A stretch of DNA of 64,000 nucleotides from an uncultured Methanosarcinaceae archaeon (GTDB lineage Archaea > Halobacteriota > Methanosarcinia > Methanosarcinales > Methanosarcinaceae). Where the stretch lies: positions 32,001 through 96,000 of the forward strand of contig CAVRJG010000056.1 in NCBI GenBank assembly GCA_963721455.1, read 5' to 3'. The notes under the pieces are model-generated. The model had not been told where the DNA came from and did no database searches. It worked only from the letters and a program-made list of their open reading frames with translations. Within the stretch, counting starts at the first letter, position 1. The number at the start of each line of letters is the position of its first letter. The translations under genes were made by a program, and so were the position numbers. Positions 58,972 to 64,000 of this stretch are shown here, one piece after another.

Positions 58972-59334
58972 GCAAATCCTTGAGGAGATTAAACTTAAGC
59001 TATTTAAGGTTAGGGAAATCCCATAGACTCGTGATATACTATATAGTATAAAAATAGAAGACAGCATATAAAATTTGAGCTTTTTTCAGATTTTGCCTTA
59101 AAGCGTCGGACAATGATGTAAAGCGGGAGTTTTCCGCAGTTGCTCTTTTTATGGATATTGCCTGGGAATCTCAAAAACGAAAAAGAAACTGTTTTAAGTG
59201 TTAAGTTTTATCGGAACTTATGGTGTTGGGCAGTTGATCGACCAAGAGGAAATTCACAATCAATGTCTTAGCGAAGATCCAGAAGAACGTATAAATGCGT
59301 TAGAGACAATTAAAATCTAATTTTTCACTCCATA

Positions 59335-59865
59335 CCAGATAAACAACAAGCATGGAATGACTTACATAGACTGACCAATGATGAAGACAGTTATGTGAGG
59401 TCTAGTGCTGCCTCTGCTCTTGGTTCTGCATTTTCTCACGTGCCAGATAAACAACAGGCATGGAATGACTTACATAAACTGACCAATGATGAAGACAGTT
59501 CTGTGAGGTATGAGGCTAGCCTCTAGCTCTTGGTTCTGCTTTTTTCACGTGCCAGATAAACAACAGGCATGGAATGATTTAGCATAGACTGAGCAACTGA
59601 TGAAGACAGTTGATGTGAGAGTATAGTGCTGCCGATGCTCTTGGTTCTGCATTTTCTCACGTGCCAGATAAACAACAGGCATGGAATGACTTACATAGAC
59701 TGACCACTGATGAAGACAGTTGATGTGAGGTATGATGCAGCCAATGCTCTTGGTTCTGTTTCTTCTCAATGTCCAGATAAACAACAGGCATGGAATGACT
59801 TACATAGACTGACCAATGATGAAGACAGGTATGTGAGAACGTCTATGCAAATCACTCTCTTGGAA
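59335..59865 (+). repeat. Five near-identical 108-bp coding HEAT repeats
   Basis: CCAGATAAACAACARGCATGGAATGA at 59335, 59443, 59552, 59664, 59773. Confidence 0.95.
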
Positions 59866-60576
59866 AAGTTTCTATATTCAAGGCTTCCCAAGCAGAAAAA
59901 GAAGAAGATTACAAAAAAGAATTAGAAAAAGCAATTGAATTTTTTGAAAAAGCAGCACAATGAATCAGATGAATGGATATAATCCATCTCAATTTTGCCT
60001 TCCTTTTTACCGTTCTTTCTATACAATAATTTTCAAAAAACAGGAAGCAAAGGAAGAAGTGGACAAATATCTGGCAGAAGCAAAATATGCAATTAAAGGC
60101 TCAAAGAGCAAGGAACTGCTTTTTGAAGCTGTTAAAAATCTTGCAAATGCATTAAAAGAAGTCCAGAATCTGGAAAATCTGGATTTAGAGGCAAAAAAAG
60201 GCGAGCTTAATTTTTATAGAAAATACTGTGATCGTGCAGCAGAACTAATGAGAGAAACTGAAGAAACAGCACCTTTTGCAACAGTAGCTATGAGAAAAGG
60301 GCTGCCTATTCTGGACAGAAATCTAAAAGGGCTTATCGAAGAAATTCAAAAGAAAGCAAAGACTGCATGCAAGGAATCGAAAGGAACTGATACAGAAGAA
60401 ATTGCATGTGCTGTAAGTAGGGAAGTTCAAAAATGGGAAATTGGTAGTCAAGAAGAAATTACATCTTATGTGAGAGTTTTATCTTTACTTTAGAATCAAA
60501 AATCCCAAGGCTTCCAGAGAACGAGCATATTTTTAAAATTATTAACGAGAGCAAAGATCAAAAAGACATTAACAAA

Positions 60577-61530
60577 TTGTTAGAGAATGCTTCAGAGTTG
60601 ATAGAAATAATACCGGAAATAACCATTGATCCTGAGAGAATGAAACCTACAATCGGAATCATTACCGCTTTACCAAAAGAGTATGCAGCGGTTAACATTT
60701 TGCTGGAAAATAAAAATGATAAATATAAGATCCCAGGCTCTGGAGCAGGCCGAAGATATTGCTTAGGAGAAATACTTTCCGAGGACGGAGATAAGCACAA
60801 CTTGGTTTTGGCAACCGCAGGTATGGGCAATAACATTGCTGCAACAAGGGCATCTCTTCTTCTTGAGCACTTCCCGAATGTAAAATCGATTATCATGGTT
60901 GGTATAGCTGGAGGTGTCCCAAATCCATGTAAAGATAAAGTAGATGATCACGTTCGCTTGGGAGATATAGTTGTATCGAATGAGAATGGGGTTATCCAGT
61001 ATGACTTGATAAAACAGGAGATTCAAGAAATTACATATCGAAATCCTCCGAGACCGCCGAGTGCCAGTCTTCTGGAAGCAGTAAGATACCTCGAAGCAGA
61101 AGAAATTCTTGGAAATCGCCCCTGGGAAAAATATATCGTTCAATCTCTTTCTCAGCTTAAAACTGAGCGCCCTTCTGACGATAAAGACATTTTGTACAAT
61201 TCTAGCAATCAACATGAAACGATTCCTCATCCCGAAGACCCAAAGAGAATAAAAGGTCAACCCCGCGTCTTTACCGGACCTATTGCTTCCGCAAATATAC
61301 TTCAGAAAAATCCAAATGCAAGAGATAAATTACGTGAAAAATTCAAAGTAAAAGCAATTGAAATGGAAGCTTCAGGTATTGCTGATGCGACCTGGAATCA
61401 TGAAGCAGGTTATCTGGTGGTAAGGGGCATCTGTGATTATTGTGATTCTCATAAAAATGACGACTGGCAGCAGTATGCGGCTGTTGTTGCTGCGGCTTAT
61501 ACAAGGGCTCTAATTGAATCAATGCCTTAA
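60577..61530 (+). CDS. PNP_UDP_1 (MTA/SAH-nucleosidase-like) domain, intact C-terminal part of the fusion
   Basis: IGIITALPKE, GMGN, IMVGIAGG, VRLGDIVVS, GPIASAN, AIEMEASG, RGICDYCDSHKNDDWQQYAA. Confidence 0.9.
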   Translation: MLENASELIEIIPEITIDPERMKPTIGIITALPKEYAAVNILLENKNDKYKIPGSGAGRRYCLGEILSEDGDKHNLVLATAGMGNNIAATRASLLLEHFPNVKSIIMVGIAGGVPNPCKDKVDDHVRLGDIVVSNENGVIQYDLIKQEIQEITYRNPPRPPSASLLEAVRYLEAEEILGNRPWEKYIVQSLSQLKTERPSDDKDILYNSSNQHETIPHPEDPKRIKGQPRVFTGPIASANILQKNPNARDKLREKFKVKAIEMEASGIADATWNHEAGYLVVRGICDYCDSHKNDDWQQYAAVVAAAYTRALIESMP

Positions 61531-61707
61531 AAATTCGGACTTTCATCTTAAGAATGGTAGTTTAGAAAGAGTAAACAGTTTGATGGGTGGATGCTGCCTA
61601 AAAAACTAAAGTTAATTTGATCCTGAAGAAAGAAAAGGATCTTCTTGAAAAGCGGATCTCAATTATACTTTCAAGTTTTCTCACTTCCCCTAAATATAGG
61701 ATTTAAG

Positions 61708-61761
61708 CTGGAGATTAGATCACGAAAGATGTAACACCTTTCTGTATAGTCCAATCTCCAG
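61708..61761. terminator. Stem-loop between convergent genes
   Basis: CTGGAGATT...AATCTCCAG inverted repeat. Confidence 0.45.
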
Positions 61762-61797
61762 TAAAACTCCTGGAAGCATGTCTCACCCTGCGCAAAT

Positions 61798-62205
61798 TCA
61801 GGCAGGAGATTCTTTGGTCATGATATAAGCGACCATTCCGGGGTTAAGCTTGCTTTCCCTTGAAACTTTTGCTTCGATATCCTCAGTGGATTTACCTTCG
61901 ATTTTCATTTCTTTTATTTTTTCAGTCACTGAAGATGGAATGGTGTAATATTCGTTTATATCCTTCCTGTGGCCCCAGACATCTCCTTCGATGAGCTGAA
62001 TTCTCTGCATCCTGAGGAACATTTCTATGGACTTTGAAACCGTGGCCATGTAAGATTTGGGTAACTGAATTACCTCAATCTTCGGGCAGGTCTCAACCAG
62101 TCCAAATATATCCTTGTTCGACGGCCTGAAGGCCAGGTGAACAACACGCTCATTAGGGTTAAGTGTAAAGATTTCTTCTCTGGAACTAACTACTCGGATT
62201 TTCAT
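61798..62205 (-). CDS. DUF1699 family protein (copy 3)
   Basis: Same MKIRVVSS...GDVWGHRKDINEYY motifs. Confidence 0.88.
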   Translation of the reverse strand: MKIRVVSSREEIFTLNPNERVVHLAFRPSNKDIFGLVETCPKIEVIQLPKSYMATVSKSIEMFLRMQRIQLIEGDVWGHRKDINEYYTIPSSVTEKIKEMKIEGKSTEDIEAKVSRESKLNPGMVAYIMTKESPA

Positions 62206-62784
62206 GTTTTTCTCTTCCCACTGTAAAGTTTTTTTACGTTTTTACATTAATATAGTAAGTTATACTGACTATAAATATTTATCCTATTCAACTAACATTA
62301 TTTAGATAGTATTCTGGATTTTTTATCCACGAAATATCTCATTAATCAACCGGGAGAAGCCAAGAAAGAAAATGAAATCCAATTCTTACAAATTGCCCTT
62401 CTATTTTGATTCGATTTTTGCCAATTATACTACTATAATTTTTTTCTAGAAACTGATTTAATTATTATGATCTAATCATTATTGCCTTTAATTCCTTGAG
62501 ATCTCACACTTTTTCAGCAGGTGATCCCGGTGAGACTTTCCCATCCTGAGTAAAGGAAATTTGGTCGCAGGTAAATTACTGAAAAAAAATCGTGAGCAAT
62601 GGGCAGAAAAAGGGCTATCGAAACACTTCCATATAAGTGAAGCAAAAATTCCGTGGAAGCAGAGAAAGGTCTAAGAATGCAAGATTTCCAGCTGTAAGGA
62701 CTATGGAAAAAGCTCAAAAGCGAATATGGAAAAAGATTAGCCCCGGGTTTCTTGAACCCCGGGCGGTCCTGTCAGAAAACAAAG

Positions 62785-63051
62785 TTAGAGAAGTTTATCG
62801 AGTTCCGACGCCAGCACACTGCCCTGGGTTACTCCCATGAAACGCTTTACTTCGGCCCCATCTTTCTGAATGATCAGTGTTGGGACAGCGTGTATGCCGT
62901 ATTTGGAGGCAAGTTCCTGGTTTTCATCCACATCGACAACTTTGAACTCAACTTTATCCCCGTACTTCTTTTCGAGCTCTTCAATAATCGGTTTTTGCAT
63001 CCTGCAAGGTCCACACCATGTTGCGGAAAAGTCCAATAACATCGGTTTCAT
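62785..63051 (-). CDS. Thioredoxin
   Basis: DFSATWCGPC, AVPT cis-Pro motif. Confidence 0.95.
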   Translation of the reverse strand: MKPMLLDFSATWCGPCRMQKPIIEELEKKYGDKVEFKVVDVDENQELASKYGIHAVPTLIIQKDGAEVKRFMGVTQGSVLASELDKLL

Positions 63052-63331
63052 AAAATCACCTATATCACTTTGAAACGTCTGAGACTTTCTCTATTCTTAT
63101 TTCCATTCCGGAAAGCATAGAGAAAAATCGTACATATACAGCCTATAAACGCCTGTACGACAAAGCTGCCGGAAACCCAATCCTGAATGATAGGCGGCCT
63201 CAATGATGGAATTACCAAATACAGGGTCGGGACTCACTTTATTGTATATATTATCTTCGAGAATATATAACGCTTATCTCAGTCTCATGCGCCTTATCAT
63301 AAACGCATTTGAAAAAAAACCCCAGCAAGCT

Positions 63332-64000
63332 TTAACCCGTTAAGGAATCACGTATTTTTCCCGGTCCTTTATCCTCTTTCCGGCCTTTAATTATGTTGCC
63401 AAAGTACATGCAGCCTTCCATTGAGATTGTTGGCATTTCCGGAGACTCGTTTACCATACTCACCGGAGCGCCCCGGATTAACACGCAGGGCACTCTTTCC
63501 CCTGCCTCCCCCATAAGGAGTTCAGCAGCCGAAACGAGGTTGTCTGCTACAGCCTTATATGTAATAAGGAGGGGTTTTCCGTAGATATCGAAAGTTCCCC
63601 TTGCATCCTCCACAGGTACGAATCCTGAAACTCCAAGCGCAATCCCTGAGCAGCCAAGCCTGAGAGGCTGAGTCCTGCTGTCTCCGACAATTACCCCCAG
63701 CCTGCACGAATAACGCTGCTCAAGCCGGCTCCGGATATTTTCCGAACTTTTTCGCGGGTCTTCCGGAAGCAGGACTACATGGCCTTCAGGAACATTTGAT
63801 GCATCGATCCCTGCGTTGGGAGCCAGAACACCTTTCGTGATGGTAAGGGCAGCTCCGGGCACACCCCCGAAAACCTCATCGCATTCCTGAAGCACGAGTT
63901 CCATTTCTCTGGGATCAATCCCGTATTTTTCCCCAAGAAGCTGGGCCCTTTCTCCGGGAGTGATGCTTGCAAGCTCGACAATTCTTTTTTCCGCCGTGCT
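63332..64000 (-). CDS. cofE: Coenzyme F420-0:L-glutamate ligase family, 5'-truncated by window edge
   Basis: NAGIDASN, LLPEDP, VIVGDSRTQPLRLG, AVADNLVSAAELLMGEAGE; frame open to 64000. Confidence 0.88.
   Translation of the reverse strand, partial: STAEKRIVELASITPGERAQLLGEKYGIDPREMELVLQECDEVFGGVPGAALTITKGVLAPNAGIDASNVPEGHVVLLPEDPRKSSENIRSRLEQRYSCRLGVIVGDSRTQPLRLGCSGIALGVSGFVPVEDARGTFDIYGKPLLITYKAVADNLVSAAELLMGEAGERVPCVLIRGAPVSMVNESPEMPTISMEGCMYFGNIIKGRKEDKGPGKIRDSLTG

Larger units (their letters stand above)
59234..61530 (+). pseudogene. HEAT-repeat / helical / PNP-type nucleosidase fusion gene broken by multiple indels (pseudogene or assembly error)
   Basis: TTG start MIDQEEIHNQCLSEDPEER; 36-aa repeats PDKQQAWNDLHRLTNDEDSxVRxxAAxALGSAFSHV; ORF pieces 59960-60493 and 60577-61530 are joined by a -1 shift at ~60471. 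Confidence 0.8.

Noticed and set aside
59335-59865. Regularly spaced direct repeats as a CRISPR array
   Set aside because: Units are similar over their whole length, 108 bp (36 codons), translate as HEAT repeats, have no unique spacers, and no cas genes are present.
60491-60493. Pyrrolysine read-through of the TAG ending ORF 59960-60493
   Set aside because: The continuation into the PNP domain is in a different frame; a frameshift, not amber decoding, explains it.

Overview
Chromosomal window of a methanogenic archaeon, very probably Methanosarcina (split RNA polymerase B''/B'/A'/A'', cofE, PGF-CTERM proteins, three DUF1699 paralogs). 0-16 kb is core: a partial PAS histidine kinase, tRNA-Lys(UUU), the rpoH-B''-B'-A'-A''-rpl30e-nusA-rps12-rps7-EF2-EF1a-rps10 cluster. 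16-44 kb is accessory: a redox/stress cluster beside a Cys-bearing HxlR regulator, an ABC exporter, two MATE paralogs, surface proteins and kup. 44-59 kb is mostly housekeeping (purF, rpl37e, Sm, thiDN, trpB2, hisD, hel308, ABCE1, MBL hydrolase). The best candidate for an undescribed system is 59234-61530. Read across frames it is one ~760-aa gene: near-identical 108-bp HEAT repeats with hypervariable surface codons, a helical linker, and a C-terminal PNP-type nucleosidase resembling immune ATP nucleosidases. This suggests a variable-repeat sensor-effector. The locus carries about 13 single-base indels that may be assembly errors. No CRISPR array, rRNA or transposase was seen. All family assignments come from motif recognition by eye, not database searches.
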